From the NCBI RefSeq assembly GCF_009914755.1, contig NC_060938.1: a stretch of 64,000 nucleotides of DNA, one strand, 5' to 3'. Made by a program: the position numbers and the translations under genes. This document shows positions 19,668-36,181 of the stretch, one piece after another. The DNA is from the human T2T-CHM13v2.0 reference genome, Homo sapiens. Positions within the stretch are counted from its first letter, which is position 1; every line of letters starts with the position of its first letter. The notes under the pieces are model-generated. The model was given only the letters and a program-made list of their open reading frames with translations. It searched no databases and was not told the DNA's origin.

Positions 19668-21797
19668 CGGTTCATGTGACGTTTCTTCTTATTAAAGGTA
19701 AGGGGAAGTGGGGAAGTCAGTTGTCCAAGAAAACTGGTAAATGCTCAGCAATCCGGGATGGTTGTGATGTTTCCCAGAAGACACTGGAAGGGCTAAGATG
19801 ATTTGAGGGGGTCCTGTCCAGCCCTGGGAGTTCATTACCTCCTTAGCTCGCCCCAACAAAACCTGCCAGTGGACTTTCACCCTGGCTTGGGGTTGGCTGA
19901 GGAAGGTTTGGCTAGATCCACAGGCTGCCCAGGCAGAAAGGCCTCCCCATTTCCAGACCCTGAAAGAGAACCAGGCCAGGGAAAATCTGAGAGAGAGAGT
20001 GAGAACCTGTGGAGGGGCCAGGTGTAGGGAGGAGGCCGCACACTGTGTGCTGTATCCAAGTGTTCCAGACTGGGTGGGAAGCACTGGGAGCTGGGGCAGG
20101 GGACGGGAAGGGGTCGCTGAGCAGGAGCCGTGAGGTCAGTGTTGGGCAAGAGGCAAGTCTGGCTCCCATCATACCTGCACTAATGAGCTGGAAGCAGACG
20201 GAAACGGCACAGCGTGTGAAGGCCAGCAAGGGAAGATCCTCCCCATGCCAGCTGGACGGGAAAAGACCGAGCGTGGTGGAAACAGGGCCTGTCCCCTCCC
20301 CATCCCCTGGAATCTCAAGCTAGAGGCTGGAACAGCCAGGAGAAGGGGTTGGGAGGTGAGGGCTGATCAGATGAGGCTGAAACAAGACCTCCTGGGGGAA
20401 AGGGGATTAGAAAGATGCCAAGGGACTGCGGCATGGAGGACAGAAAGCCAAGGGGCTACAGAGGCACCCTGCCAACCCTGGGGAGGGAGGAGGCCCCAGG
20501 GGGGTTGTCAGCTGCAGGCACCGGCCCTGAGGAGAACAGCTGGACTGAGCCAAAGGCTGGACAGTTGACTGACTTAAAAGGGCAGACGGAATGGGCGAGT
20601 CCATCCTGCCCCGTCAGGGCAGCAGAAATGGCCACAAGTATTCACAGACTGTAAACACTAAGGCAGGGCTTGTCTGGGACTGGGAAGATCTGGCTAGGCC
20701 TGGCAGGGGAGAGCCGGGGGCTGGAAGGAGGCCTGAGCCTGGTGACTTCTGCAGTGGACTGTCCTGAGACCCAGGAGGAGGGTCACTTTGGGAGCCCCAA
20801 GGATCACTCACAAAGCCTCACTGGAGCCAGGAGCTAGACACAGCTCTAGACAGACAGCAGGGGCTGTCTTTTGTGTGCGTGCAGGGGGCAGATCACCCCA
20901 GCAGGTAGTTTTTCCTCTCCGAGGTCCAGGATCCAGGGACTCGAGAGTGGCCTTTCTGCCTGCATCCTGGGCATGGTGTTAGAAGTGGAGGGGTGCTGAC
21001 TCTACCTCCCAGCTCCAGTGGGCCCAACGCAGGTGGATAAATATTTACAGAACATCTGCATTAACCTTTCACAGGCAGGGTGGCCCCTCCCAGTGGCTTC
21101 CATATGGACCCTCACCCCCACCCCACCTCTGGTACAGAAAATTCCTACCAGAAGCAGAGCCTGTGGATCCAGTTTGACCCTGTGCACTCCTGGTTCAGCA
21201 TCAACATTGGCTGCAGGTGAAAACCTAAGGCTGTGGCCACAGACAAGTGGCCTCTCCCCTTGGGGCCTCAGTTTATCCACCTATAACACAAGAGGACTGA
21301 ACCCTCTCTGCACCCAGTGATTTTCATTGATTCCAGCCTTTTGCTCGGCCTATGGTTGCTATGGAAACAGCACAAGGGAATAGTGCACCCCGCAGACAGG
21401 GTGGCACCCTCCAGCCTGTGACTATCACGGGCTCTGTCTGCCCAGCATCCTTCCTCTCTTATTCTCCTACCAGCATCCATTTTCCTTTAGGGAACTGCTC
21501 TTCCCTTTTCTAGGCTGTCTGATGGAACAGCCAGTTGCAATATTTGCAATGGGGCAAACAACCCAAACTGGCCCAATCAGATTCTCTCCCATGATTTGGC
21601 CCTGAAGCAGAGACACACAGTTATAACTAAACCATCCAATCGCAGCTCCCCAAAAAGTTCCCGGGGCTGGGAGCCTCATTACTGCCTACATTCCTGGCAT
21701 TCTTCCTATCTACTTGTTCAGTTCTTATTTCTATTATGTTTGCTCCTAAAATCTTTGTGGTAACCTTACTCTTTTTTAATGTACAAATGAGAGTCCT

Positions 21798-22111
21798 GGC
21801 CAGGTGCAGTGGCTCACACCTGTAATCCCAGCACTTTGGGAGGCCAAGGTTGGAGGATCACTGGGCCCAGGAGTTTGAGATCAGCCTTGGCAAGATGGTG
21901 AGATTCCATCTCTACAAAAAATCAAAATATTATTCAGGCGTCGTAGCACACACCTGTGGTCTCAGCTACTTGGGAAGCTGAGGCTGGAGAACTGCTCGAG
22001 CGCGGGAGTTGAAGTCTGCCATGAGCCATGATCTCGGCACACACTCCAGCCTGGGTGACGGAGCGAGACCCTGTCTCAAAAAATAAATTAATAAATAACA
22101 AAAAATAAAAA
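21798..22111 (+). mobile_element. Alu (AluJ-like)
   Basis: Full dimer. Confidence 0.9.
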
Positions 22112-22145
22112 TTAGAATCCTTATTGCTCGTAAGAAAAGAACTCT

Positions 22146-22426
22146 AGCTGGGCACAGTGGCTCCCACCTGTAATCCCAGCACTTCGGGAGGCCAAGAGGG
22201 GTAGATCACCTGAGATCAGGAATTTGAGACCAGCTTGGCCAACATGGTGAAACACCATCTCTATTAAAAATACAAAAGAAATTAGCCGGGCATTGTGGCG
22301 GACACCTGTAGTCCCAGCTACTCAGGAGGCTGAGGCAGGAGAATCACTTGAACCCAGGCGGCAGAGGTTGCAGTGAGCTAAGATTGTGCCACTGCACTCC
22401 AGCCTGGGTGACAGAGTGAGACTCTC

Positions 22427-22454
<28 letters not shown>
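22146..22454 (+). mobile_element. Alu (AluS)
   Basis: Full dimer, TSD AAAAGAACTC. Confidence 0.92.
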
Positions 22455-22460
<6 letters not shown>

Positions 22461-23043
22461 CCAATTTATATACCAGCTGAGAGAGACAGGCTAGGTGGAC
22501 TCCAGCCCTCCCTGCTTTGCAATCCTAGGGCCATGGGCTCAGCTCTCCCACAGCATTCAGTTCATGTAGTCAGCATGGTGGGTTTGGCTCTGTTTGCTCA
22601 ACAAGACTGCAAACATGAACAGCTGTATCTCAGACACCTGACTCAGAACCTTACACACACTGGAGGTGCTTAGTTGCATGGAATTGTGATCTTACAGCTT
22701 GAGGCAGGTAACTCCAGTGGGAACAAAACTTAATGAGTATCAGGGGATAATTCCCAGAGAACCGATATAAACAGCTGCCCAACAGACCAGGTCTGGGACA
22801 AGGCAATTCCCACTGCATCCAAGTGACGGATAAGTGCAGGGGAGAAGGGGTCAGGGTTCATGGCAGGGCGTTTTAGGGAAAGTCTACTCTGTCCCCTGAA
22901 ATCTCTCTCCCACCTCTTCACGAATACTTCTGATTTCTGAAACAAGATGCTAAGGCACTCGGTCAGCACTTAGAAATGCATCTGCCCAAGAGGAGATCAA
23001 AGAGAATGTTTTCATTTACTCTGAAGTATAAAGATTGGGTAAA

Positions 23044-23373
<330 letters not shown>

Positions 23374-23504
23374 CTAAGCGTTCTTGACAGGGGAAAAAGG
23401 TTAGGGGGCATAAAGGTTTTCAGGGTGTGGAAAGTAAAAATGGATTTTCAGGTAGAACATGAGAAAGAGAAAGGGCTGGAAAAGAAGGCTGGGATACAAG
23501 CGTA

Positions 23505-23944
23505 TGGGATACACATCAGCTTTGGCTGCAAGTTACAGAAGCTGGCTCTGGCAAACATAAGTGGCGAAAGAGAATTTGTTGGAAAGATACATGGTACTGA
23601 AGGAGGCCTTCAACACTCAGGCCTGAGAAGGGACCAGGGCAGCTTTGGGGGTCTGGGTAGCGGGAACTCATGAGCTGTCTGGCTTTGGATGATTCTAAAG
23701 CAACTGCCTTCCATTATGGGTAGTGACTCCAACTCAGATTCAAATTCCCCAGGAAAAAGTCTGACAGATCTTGGGTCTATGCTCACCCTTTGAGAATGGA
23801 GGGTTGGGAGAGTCCTGTGGCTGGCAGCCCCACCAGGAATGCATGGAATTGGGGAGTTTGAGTTTCCCAAAGGAAAGCTGAGTTTCTGTTACTCAAGGAA
23901 GGGAAGAAGTGCTGGGCATATGTGCACAGCAGATGTTCTCTACA
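23505..23944. mobile_element. MaLR LTR (MLT1-like)
   Basis: tcagctttggctgcaagttacaga...atttgttggaaagatac start; ends ...gatgttctctaca. Confidence 0.6.
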
Positions 23945-24712
23945 CATGGGATGTCAATTGAGAGAGGTGGGGGATGGATGGGGTGGGGGGTGGGAATTTC
24001 CAGGACGCTGCAGAACCTGCCATAGGGGCCAAGGCTCCTGCCACAGCCCTGGATTGCATCTCCCTCTCCTCCTATAAAAGCAAGCTCAGGAAAAGAACAT
24101 TGTTTCTGTTCTTGACAGCTCCACAGAATTGTCTCCTTAGCTTCCAGTCACGCTCAGCTCCTGCTAGAATAATTACCACCCACCTGTTCTCCATACAAGA
24201 ATTCACAGCCAGTGGACACACATCTGGCCTGTAAAAGACATGCTTGGAAGTCTCCCAGGCTGCTTGGAACAGGCAGGAGACAACACAGGGTCAGCCACTA
24301 ATTCAAAGGCAAGGAAACAGCTGGCCTGAGAGCTATGGTCACTGGAGCCTAAGTGGCAGCGAACTCCTCCCCCGCCAGGCAGCTCAATGGATGTGGGGCA
24401 GGTGTGTCCTGAGACAAACAAACCCCCTGAGACTCAGAGGAGGTTTGAGTGCTGGGCCCTGTCCTCTTCTTCCAGCACATGGCTGTCTTCCCCACCCCCA
24501 TCTGCTTCTCTAGTGGGTGGAGGGGGCTAATACCCTGCCTTTCTTGGAGTTCCTTTATTTTTCTTCCCATTACTGTTTACATCACTCCCTTCTAAACACC
24601 ATGGAAATTAAGAAAAGGCCAGGTAAAGTTTTAATGGGGAGGGCCAGAAATATTTTGGTGGTGAAGGTAATTGCATCCAAGTTTTAAGGATGTGGATGCA
24701 GAATTGGAAGGG

Positions 24713-25520
<808 letters not shown>

Positions 25521-28500
25521 GGGATTCAGGGACCAGACTGCCAGGGGTTCAGGAGTCAGATCCAAGATGTGAACAGGAAACTGGGGAGCTCCTGTGGCTG
25601 GAAAGGGGCCCGCCCTTGATCTCTCCCCAAACACCCCAACACACATACTTCCCTTTGCCTTATAGCCTCTGAGGCATCTTGGAGGAACGTTGGGGCTTGT
25701 CCGAATACCGCTTGAAAACCACAAATCCAGCCCTATTGCCATTTTCAGATGTGAAGACTGAGAATCAACAATTGCCCCCTCCCAGTGCCCTCTCTGTTAA
25801 CTCTGGGCAGCTAATCCAGCCTCCCTGGAGAGAGTGTGATGCGGTGACAGACTCTGAGGACACTGCAGACAGCTCAGTGTTTCAGGAATGATGGGGACAG
25901 CCTTGAGAGCCAGCCCAGGGCTCTGGCATGGGGAATGGACCCCAAAGATGAGAGGTTGGCCCAGTCTGGGGCACTCAGTCTTTTCTGCCTGTGCTGGGAG
26001 AGTCTCTGACCCTCTTAGCCCATCCCCATCATTCATCCAGAGGCGCAGGCAGGCCGCCTGCCAGGATAGCAGATCCCACTCAGCTCTGGCCTCAACATTC
26101 CTCTCCCCGCCGGGGGGAAAGGTCAAGTGTAGGATATTTTCCCAAGCCCTGGAGAACAGCAGCACCTCCTGATATCTACAGCTACTACCCAGCTTGAAGG
26201 GCAACTACCAGGGCAGACAGGCAGGACGGGAGAGCAGTCAGCTGGCCCTCTAAGCAGGGCTGCAGGGGGAAGGGACTGGGGAGGCAGGGCCTGAAATATA
26301 TCAACAACTTCAGCCCCAAGAAGTAGAGTAGAGAGTGGGTGATGGGAAAAGGGCTTGCATGGCAGGGGTCTGAGGCTGAGGCTCCGTCTGCCTCAGGAAG
26401 GCTAAAACGTTCCTGCTTCAACCCAGCTGGTCCTCATTTAACTAACTCCAGGGTCTGGCCTCTCTGGAGACCCCCTGCTGGCCCGTCTGCAGCTCCTGGA
26501 GCAGAAGCCAAAAGCAGCCACCAGCTTAGAGACAGCAGCTGAACCCAGAGCCCCCCAAGCAGGAGACAGGCAGTGCAGGCATTGCAGGCCCCTTTGCAAC
26601 CCTGCAAGGAGTCAAAAGCCAAGTAGGTGGGGCTGGGGGGAAGGCTTCAGAGATAAAGAAGGCAGAGGCAATTGTCTCTAAGCCAGATCAGGAGCAGCTA
26701 TGGAGAGAAAAATCTCTTGGAGCCTGGAAGGTGGTTTCATCAGTCAAGGCTGTCCTAAGGCAAACTATGCAACAGTAGCCTCCCTTCTTCCCCCGTCTCC
26801 CTTCTGCCCCTCATCCAGCACACTGCTCTGTGAGCACTGGGCACTTGCCATCCTGCCATCCTCCCCCAGGGGAAGGCAGGTACAGAGGAACAAGGGAGCA
26901 GGTGCCAGAAGGCCTGAATTCAAATCTAGCTGCTCCCTATTCTAGCCGTGTGACCTTCGGCAAAGATCTGAACCTCTGAGACTCTGCTCCTGCTTCTGTA
27001 AAAATGGGATGGATAAGAGCTATGTCATAGGACTGTAGAAATGATTGAATGAGAAAATGAAGGTAAAGATCTTAGGTCTTATTGAGTTTGCCATGGATAC
27101 TCCTCATGGGACAAGAGAGAGAGAAGGGGGAAGTGGGGAAGTACTGGGGACTGTTGAATGATCCAAATGGGATGCCTGATGAATGGGGCAGCTCCCAAAT
27201 GTTTCAACCCTGTTTCCAAGGTAGAGGCTGGGCCAGAGAGTGGGTGGTGAGGGCCTGAGGTAGGGAAAGTTATTCTGTATTGAAAAGAAAACAGAGAGAG
27301 GAAGTCAGATCTCACGACGTGCATCAGCCAAGAGCCTGGGCAGACAGTGTCTCCTCCAGAGGAAGGGCTGGTACTCCGGCACTCTGTTGCCCTCTGGCAG
27401 CCGCTAAGCTCCTGTTTTCCTCATTAAGCTGTCCGCAACCTGGCCCCCTTTACACTGCTGATAAGGGCCAGAAACAATTCAGAATCCCCAACAGATGGCA
27501 TCTGTGGTTTTCAATGTCACCTCCCGATGGAATCAACAAGGTGGGGCTGAACTCAGGTGGACTGCAGGGAGTCAGGGCAGAAAAGCACCAACTCTGAGGG
27601 GTGGAGTCCAGGATTCGGGAACCTCACTGTGTGCCCAGCGATGTTAGGCCTCGTGGACACATAAAATGGTAAAAGCTAGTATTTGTTGGGCACACACTAT
27701 TTGCCAAGCTTTGGTGCTAAGCACATAAGTTTATTATCTCATTTAATCCCCATAACAACCCTACGAAGTTGATAGCATTATTATTCCTATTTTATAGGCA
27801 GAGGAACTGAGGCAGAGTGCCTCAGGGGCTTATAATTTGTTGGGGAGTCAAGAACACAGGTTAATACCCCCAAGGGAGAAGAGAACAAAATCTGAGCTGT
27901 TTCTCACCATCCCAAGTGGCCCTGTCCTCAGTTTTGCATCACTGTCTGCCTCAGTTTCCCCAGATTTCCAGCTACCACCATGGTGGCTGAGCTCAAAAGG
28001 CAGCCTCCAATCACTGTTCTAGGGATGGACATGCTCATTTTCCCAAAGTTCAGCCAAGGCAGAATTTGTCAAAATAAGTTTATCTAGGAAACGTAGAAGA
28101 GGATGGAACAAAATAATATAAAAAGCAAATGCTCTGGGAAGAGAGCAGCTTATGAGGCAGTTTTCATGTCCCAAGATGAGGAAAATAATAATAGCTATTG
28201 GTGTGCCAAGTATCAGACACTGTGCTATGCTCTTGATTATGTTATTTTGTTTAATCCTCAAGGGGACTGAAGTATTACACAAGCATTATTGTCCTCATTT
28301 CACAAATAAGGGAACAGATGTTCAGAGAGGTTAAGCAACTTGTCCAGGTCACATAGCTTGTAAGGAATAGAGAGCTAGGAGTCAAGCTTGCCTTTGCTTT
28401 TAACAATTTAAATAAAGGAGACAGGCATGGTGAGTACAACCAGCTGACAACCAGACAGGCCTCTTGCTTCCAGGCCCCATTTAGGTCTAATGGAGAGATT

Positions 28501-28776
28501 TGACTGAACAACCTAGATCCTAAATGGCAGGTTTTCAGGATAGCTCTGCTGATCCTCCATCTGACAGATTTTCAGATCTTGCTCAGGAAATAATCAGAAC
28601 ACTTTTCCTACTGGACAAGTCTGGAAAAAACCTTGGCAAATCTGTACCCTCCAGTTCTCCTAGTCCCCATTTACACAGCCCAAAACAAAACAAACAAACA
28701 AAACCCAAAACACCCCAATAAATTAAAACCCTGTATTTGCACTTGCACTTCATTTCAAATGAAGTACACGCCTCAT

Positions 28777-29116
28777 GGCCAGGCACAGTGGCTCAGGCCT
28801 ATAATCCCAGCACTTTGGGAGGCTGAGGTGGGTGGATCACGAGGTCAGGAGTCCAAGACCAGCCTGGCCAAGATGGTGAAACCCCGTCTCTACTAAAAAT
28901 ACAAAAAAATGTAGCCGGGTGTGGTGGTGGGCACTTGTAATCCCAGCTACCCGGGAGGCTGAGGCAGAGAACTGCTTGAACCCAGGAGGCGGAGGTTGCA
29001 GTGAGCTGAGATTGCACCACTAAATTCCAGCCTGGGCAACAAAGTGAGACTTTGTCTCAAAAAACAAACAAAAAACCAAAACAAAACAACAACAACAACA
29101 AACAAACAGAAAAAAT
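28777..29116 (+). mobile_element. Alu (AluS), A/C-rich tail
   Basis: Full dimer. Confidence 0.92.
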
Positions 29117-29359
29117 ACCAAATTACCCTCATAACATGCTACAATTTCCACACTATTTCACTGGTTAACTGATGGTTCTTCAAGCCCAGAGATAATGTGA
29201 GTAAGCCCGTAACCCAGTGCCTGGCAAGAGATGCGTTGTTGCTGCAATTATCATTAAGAGACCTCTTCCTGTGTTCACATCAGCAAGTCATCCCTGATAC
29301 CCTTGGAATAAAGCAGTATGAAATTAAGTACTAATTGAATGGTTGATATCAATAGCTAT

Positions 29360-29610
29360 TGATAAGTAATATTTATTGAGCAGCTACTGCATGCCAGATT
29401 TTAGTCTATATAGCTTTACACGCATTATCTCTTTTAATCTTTATAACAACCCCATGAGATAGGAATTATTGTTACTCCCTCTGTTTTAAAGACAATGAAA
29501 CTAAGGCCTGGAAGTACTAAATAATTTGCTTATGGTCACACAACACCCAGATGGCGGGAGTGGGATTTGAACCCAGACAGCTAAGTTCAGAACCTGCACC
29601 AGTAACCTCT
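29360..29610 (+). mobile_element. MIR
   Basis: atttattgagc...aacaaccccatgagatagg...gaaactaagg...gggatttgaacccag. Confidence 0.75.
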
Positions 29611-30364
29611 TTCCTCTCCTGCCTCCCGTGATGGGTTTGACAATAGGATACAGAGGGTCAAAGAAAGAAGATGTCCTTGTGTGCTGGGGGAGTTGGGGGA
29701 AGCTTCCTGGAGGGAATGGGCTCTACTGGACTTGAAAGAAGGACAAGAGAAGTGAAGCAAAACAGACATCAATTTTAGGCTGGAAGATGATCCTGAAGTC
29801 TCATGGGACCCAAAAATGGGACATCAGGAGAGCTCTCATCTTTGGAACATGAGGGATTGCTTATCCTCTGAAGCAGTGTCATTTGGCCAACTTGTCAGTC
29901 CAAGGAAGGACTCAGAGCTTATCAGGAACCTGTGGGGTCTGCACTGGGTCTGTAGCATCAAAATAGAGGAGGAGGACAGCAACAGATCTCCTGGGAGGCC
30001 CTGGGGATAGGGCCAGGATTAGATCAACTCCCTGCCATCTCCATACTGATCACAGGATTTGCTTAGAGGAAGTTGTGTTTGGTTTGCTGTGACCATGGCA
30101 GGGTTGCCCCAGCAGGTATGGATGCAGAGGGGCTCAAGGACCCACAAGTCTGTAGGAGTTCACAGAAATCTTAGAGAGAAGCTTCAACTTCACTTAAGCC
30201 ACAAAAATATTGGGGGCTGGGGAAGAATTAAATTCCAGGCTAGGTAGGCTCCCAGCTGACACCATGTTAGAGTCTTCCCGCCCACCACCCGCCAAAGGCA
30301 TGTCTGGGAGGGCCAAATGAGACATACCTGGCACGTGGCAAGTGCCCTTAAAGGTTCAGCAACT

Positions 30365-30731
<367 letters not shown>

Positions 30732-31655
30732 TTACAAATCTGTCAACCAGACTCCCAGATGCCACCTGCTACCTGTTTGTGAACACGCACATCTTCCTGC
30801 ACAGTCCCCTGTGTGAATATGTGTTACAAACCTTTCCATGAAGCAGAGTTAAACTGAGAAGATTCTATCTGTTCGGGTCCCAGCGGCCCACAGTATGGCC
30901 TCCCTGGACTTAAAGTCTAGAATGACTTTGCATGGATTGAGATGCTATGAGGGTGGAGTGTTATGAGAGCTTGCCAAGCTGAGACTGGCTGGGGAGGGGA
31001 CATCACAGGTACTCTTAGGAGGCCTGAGAATCCGAACAAAACGGTATCACTAGGCAGAATGTGGCCGAAGCTACTAGTTGGGTGCTGAGCATAGTTCGGC
31101 AATTTTGTGAGCATATTTGTAAGAACATATATGTTTATCAGTAGAAATAATGCACTGTCTGGGTTGACTGGCTCTGTTTGTGTACATTCTTGGATCCCAG
31201 AGAGCCCTGGGGAGCAATACATCACACAAGCATTTCTCGCCTGAGAGCTGGTCAGAGGGATCGTTCCAGGGAAAGCTGGGCTGGTGTTGACCAGCTGAGG
31301 TCTGAGAGAGAACATGTGTGCACCCCAAGGCCAGGCCTGGCTCTCATAAGCACTGGTGGAATTTCTGAGTGCATCAGTTACTCTGCACCTGTCCCTTTAC
31401 ACTTAGCCCCAGCCTGGCCTGGCCCGGCCCAGCAAGTCTGCAGCCAGAGGTAGCCTGGAAAGAACTGGCCAACGCTTTCGAGAACCAGGCTGAGGCCAGA
31501 AGGCACGCAAAGCCTGAAGGATTCCTCTCTGCTCAGGATCCCATGTGAGAAGTCTGGGGCTCCTGTCACGTATGTTCTCAGCTGTCACCGCACAGCTCAC
31601 TTTCTTTTATCGTGGCCACGTGTGTGCATGTTTTGCTCTCCTACTGCACTTCAAG

Positions 31656-31822
31656 CCATTGTTACTCAATGTGTGGTCCGTGGGCCCATAGCATCAGCGT
31701 CAACCAGGAGCTTGTTAGAAACACAGAATCTCGGGGCCCATCACAGACATATCAGATCACAATCTGTATATTAACAAGAACCCCAGTGATTTGAATGCAC
31801 ATTAAAGTTTGAGAAACACTGC
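31656..31822. mobile_element. MER5A-like hAT-Charlie DNA transposon
   Basis: agcatcagc...gagcttgttagaaa.cagaatctc...ttaacaag...cacattaaagtttgagaaacactg. Confidence 0.75.
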
Positions 31823-31924
31823 TACTTGAAAGCAGGAGTGAACCTTGTCACGGTGATCTTTGTACAACTAAGCTTTTGTATCCCAGATGCTTGGTGGTAA
31901 TTAGGTGCTCAATAAATACATGTT

Positions 31925-32945
31925 TTAACATTTCATTTTGAAATAATTATAGACTTAGAGAAGAGTTGCAAAAATAGTACAGTGATGTATGTGAACCACT
32001 AATACTAACAGCTTACATAACCAGAGTACAATTACCAAATTAACATGGGAAATTAACATAGGTATCATTAACCAAACTACAGGGCCTTTTCTAATTTCCT
32101 CTGTTTTCCCCATGTCCCTTTTCTGCTCTCAGATTGCTCAGGGTATTTAGTTGTTGGGTCTCCTTAGTCTCCTCTAATCTATGGCAGCTCTCTAGTCTAT
32201 CCTTGTCTTTCATGACCTTGACTCTTTTAATGAGTACCCCTCAGTTATTTTGTAGTCTATCTTTCAACTTGGGTATGTCTGCTGTCTTCTTGTGATTAGA
32301 TTGAGGTTATACACAGAATAGAGGTGATGCTGTGACCTCAAGGCATCGTCTCAGGGGATACGTAATGTCAACACATCTTATTCCTGGTGATGTTAATCTT
32401 GATCTCTTAGTTAAGCTCATATATGCCGGATTTCTCCACTGTTTCTCCACTCTAAAATTACTACTATACTTCCCTCTTTAGTTAATAAGTATATTGGGGA
32501 AGATAATTTGAGACTGTGCAAATATCCTGATTCTCCCACTGATTTGAGTGGCCATCACTGGTGGATCTTATCAACAACTTTGTTTTTGTTTTTGATTTTT
32601 GTTCCTGGCCGACAATTATTACTATTGTGTCTGCATAGTGGTGATTCTGTATTTCCCTCCTTTCTTCTATATTTATTAATTGAAATTCTTCTGCCAAGAA
32701 GAGTTGTTACTTCTTCCCCATTTTTTTAATTCAATTGCTTATTTCAGTAGGGGCTCTCGGGTATTTATTGTATCCCAGGGGTTATAATTCAATGTTATCA
32801 TTATTTTATGTTCTTGCTTAAACCGTTCCAGCCACTGGGAGCTCCTACAAGTTGGCTGTTGTGTCCTTTCAACATGCCCATCTTTTTCCGAGTACTTCCT
32901 TATTCCCTGGTACCACAAGATGTTTCAGACTCATCTTGTTCCATA
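31925..32945 (-). mobile_element. Old L1 (L1MC/MD-like) 3' fragment
   Basis: ttttgaaataattatagact...agttgcaaaaatagtaca start; T-rich L1 3'UTR antisense. Confidence 0.7.
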
Positions 32946-33022
32946 TAGTTTGAATGAATGAATGGGAGAATGAAAAAATAGGCTGTATGTATAAACTCAG
33001 CCTTCCTGTGATTCCCCAACTA

Positions 33023-33447
<425 letters not shown>

Positions 33448-33997
33448 TCACCTCCACTGTTCTGTGAGCCTCGAGTAAAGCTGGAGAAACTTTTAACCTA
33501 AAGACAAAGGAAACTGTATCCGTGGAAACTGTAGGCTGGAAAATTGGCTTGCCCTGAAAGTCCGACTCATGGACTTGGCACATCTACCAAGCAGTATGAG
33601 ATAGTGCTTAAGAGTGGCTGTGCTGGAGCCAGATGCCTTGGTCTAAATCCTTATAGCCACTTACTGTGTAACCACCTCATGCCTCAGTTTCCCCATCAGT
33701 AAAGTGCAGGTGATAATGACAGTCCTGGCCATGGATTTGTGTAATTACTGAGTTTACATATATAGATTGCTTAGAACAGCCCGTGATACATGTAAACATT
33801 TAATAACCATTAGTTAGGAGTCTGATATTTCCAGCAATTAGCTCATCCTGCTAAATTCATTCAGCAATTGCTTATTAAGCATCTACATCATAGTACACAC
33901 TGTTGCGAGTCCTGGGATCTCAGCAGTGAACGAAAGTGACATCACTGCTCTCACAGAGCATACATTCTTCTGGAATAAAAATAATCTAACCAAATAA

Positions 33998-34308
<311 letters not shown>

Positions 34309-34344
34309 ACAGACTACACTACTTTTTAAGACAGTAGAGGGGGA

Positions 34345-34760
34345 CAGGAACAGCTGCATTTTTGTCATCTAGCAAAACCATTCACCCCTCTTGACATAAG
34401 TATCCATTTTCCTCTGTAGACCCACACCCTGGTATCATGTGATTCATGCGTTGGTCAATCAAATAACTGTATTGCCCTAGCCACAGTGATTGGTTCAGGC
34501 AAGGACACAAGACCTAATCAGCACTAGAGAGAATTTTGCAGCTGGGGCTTTTCATGGTAAAACCAGTGAGCTAAGAGCTTGCGGCTTGAGAATAAAGCCA
34601 ACACCCCTGAAGGCAGAGCCGGGAGTGGAGGGGAAAGTCCTGATGGGTTGTACAAGCCCCTGAATCAAGAATGGGCCGAAGTTCATCCCAGGCTTGACTT
34701 CTCAGTTACACGAGACAGTCAATTCCCTTCTACTACTTGTTACTGAGAGAGTTCTGAGCT
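34345..34760. mobile_element. MaLR LTR (MLT1-like)
   Basis: gtgattggttcagg...gaataaagccaacac...ttctcagttacacgag...gagagttctga. Confidence 0.6.
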
Positions 34761-35833
34761 TACTTCAATCCCTCAGAAAGCTGACAGCTGAGCAGGAAGC
34801 AGGAGCTTGTCCTGATTCCCCCACTGTGCCTGTGTCCTGAGCCCCTGGTCTTGCTCTAGTACTTCTCAGTTTCCTGCCTTCCCCTAACATACACACCACC
34901 ACCACCCCACTGCCCACCTCGGGCCACCCCCTTACTTCCTCTCAAGGAGATTCCTGCCCCGTCCTCCACAGAGCTGGAGCCTCTCCCTCTTGCTCACCTG
35001 GCTTCCCTCCCATATTCTTCTGCCCAAGCCTCTTCTTCCCAGGCAAGTCTGGCTGAATCCCCAGCTCTGTTTCGCCTCGTGGTCTGGCCTCCTCCTCTCC
35101 AGAGGCCTGAGGGGCTGATGCGTGGTTTCAGATGGCCAGCAGAATGCTACCCCCAACCTCAGGAGTCCCACCGAAGCTCACACTGCGGAGGGTCCCCTTT
35201 TTATTACCTAATCTCCTGCCTCTCATGTCTTCCTGTAACTCCAGGCCTGAGCGGCTTCAGGGCAGAATCAAGGATGTTCGAGTTCTCCCACCTCTATGTT
35301 CTGTTAGAGAGCCATGTCCTCAGAGCAGACGGGGAGACACCAAACTCCCACTTCCTTTGGGAAGATTTCCATTTCTCTTTTCCAAAATCCTAGGGAATGT
35401 ACTGCGTAAGCCCCTTAATTATACATTGACTCACGACGTTGCTTGTGCTGTTCTCTCCCCTCAAGCTATCTTTCATTCACTAGAAGATTTGCCTCTTATT
35501 TGCTGTAAGCCTAGCACAGTGCTCAATAAACACTGAATGAAGAAATGAGTGGTTGAATAAATGAATTATTGAATGGGTGCTGAAAATAGTAAGTGAATGA
35601 ATAAATAAATGAATAGACTAATGAGGAGAGGCAGTGAAAGGCCTGGGACGGAGTGGCAGAAGGGTCAAAAAAACCCTGGAGGGGATAGGTCCTGAGCCCA
35701 GGGAAGGGAAGATGGGGCACTCACCATGGCAGAATGGCAGGAGGGAGACAGATGTTGTCAAGTCTCTAAGCCTTGTGTTTACATAAAAAACTGGAGTTTG
35801 GGCCTGGGTTGTTTTATCGAACCCATTTATTAG

Positions 35834-36181
<348 letters not shown>

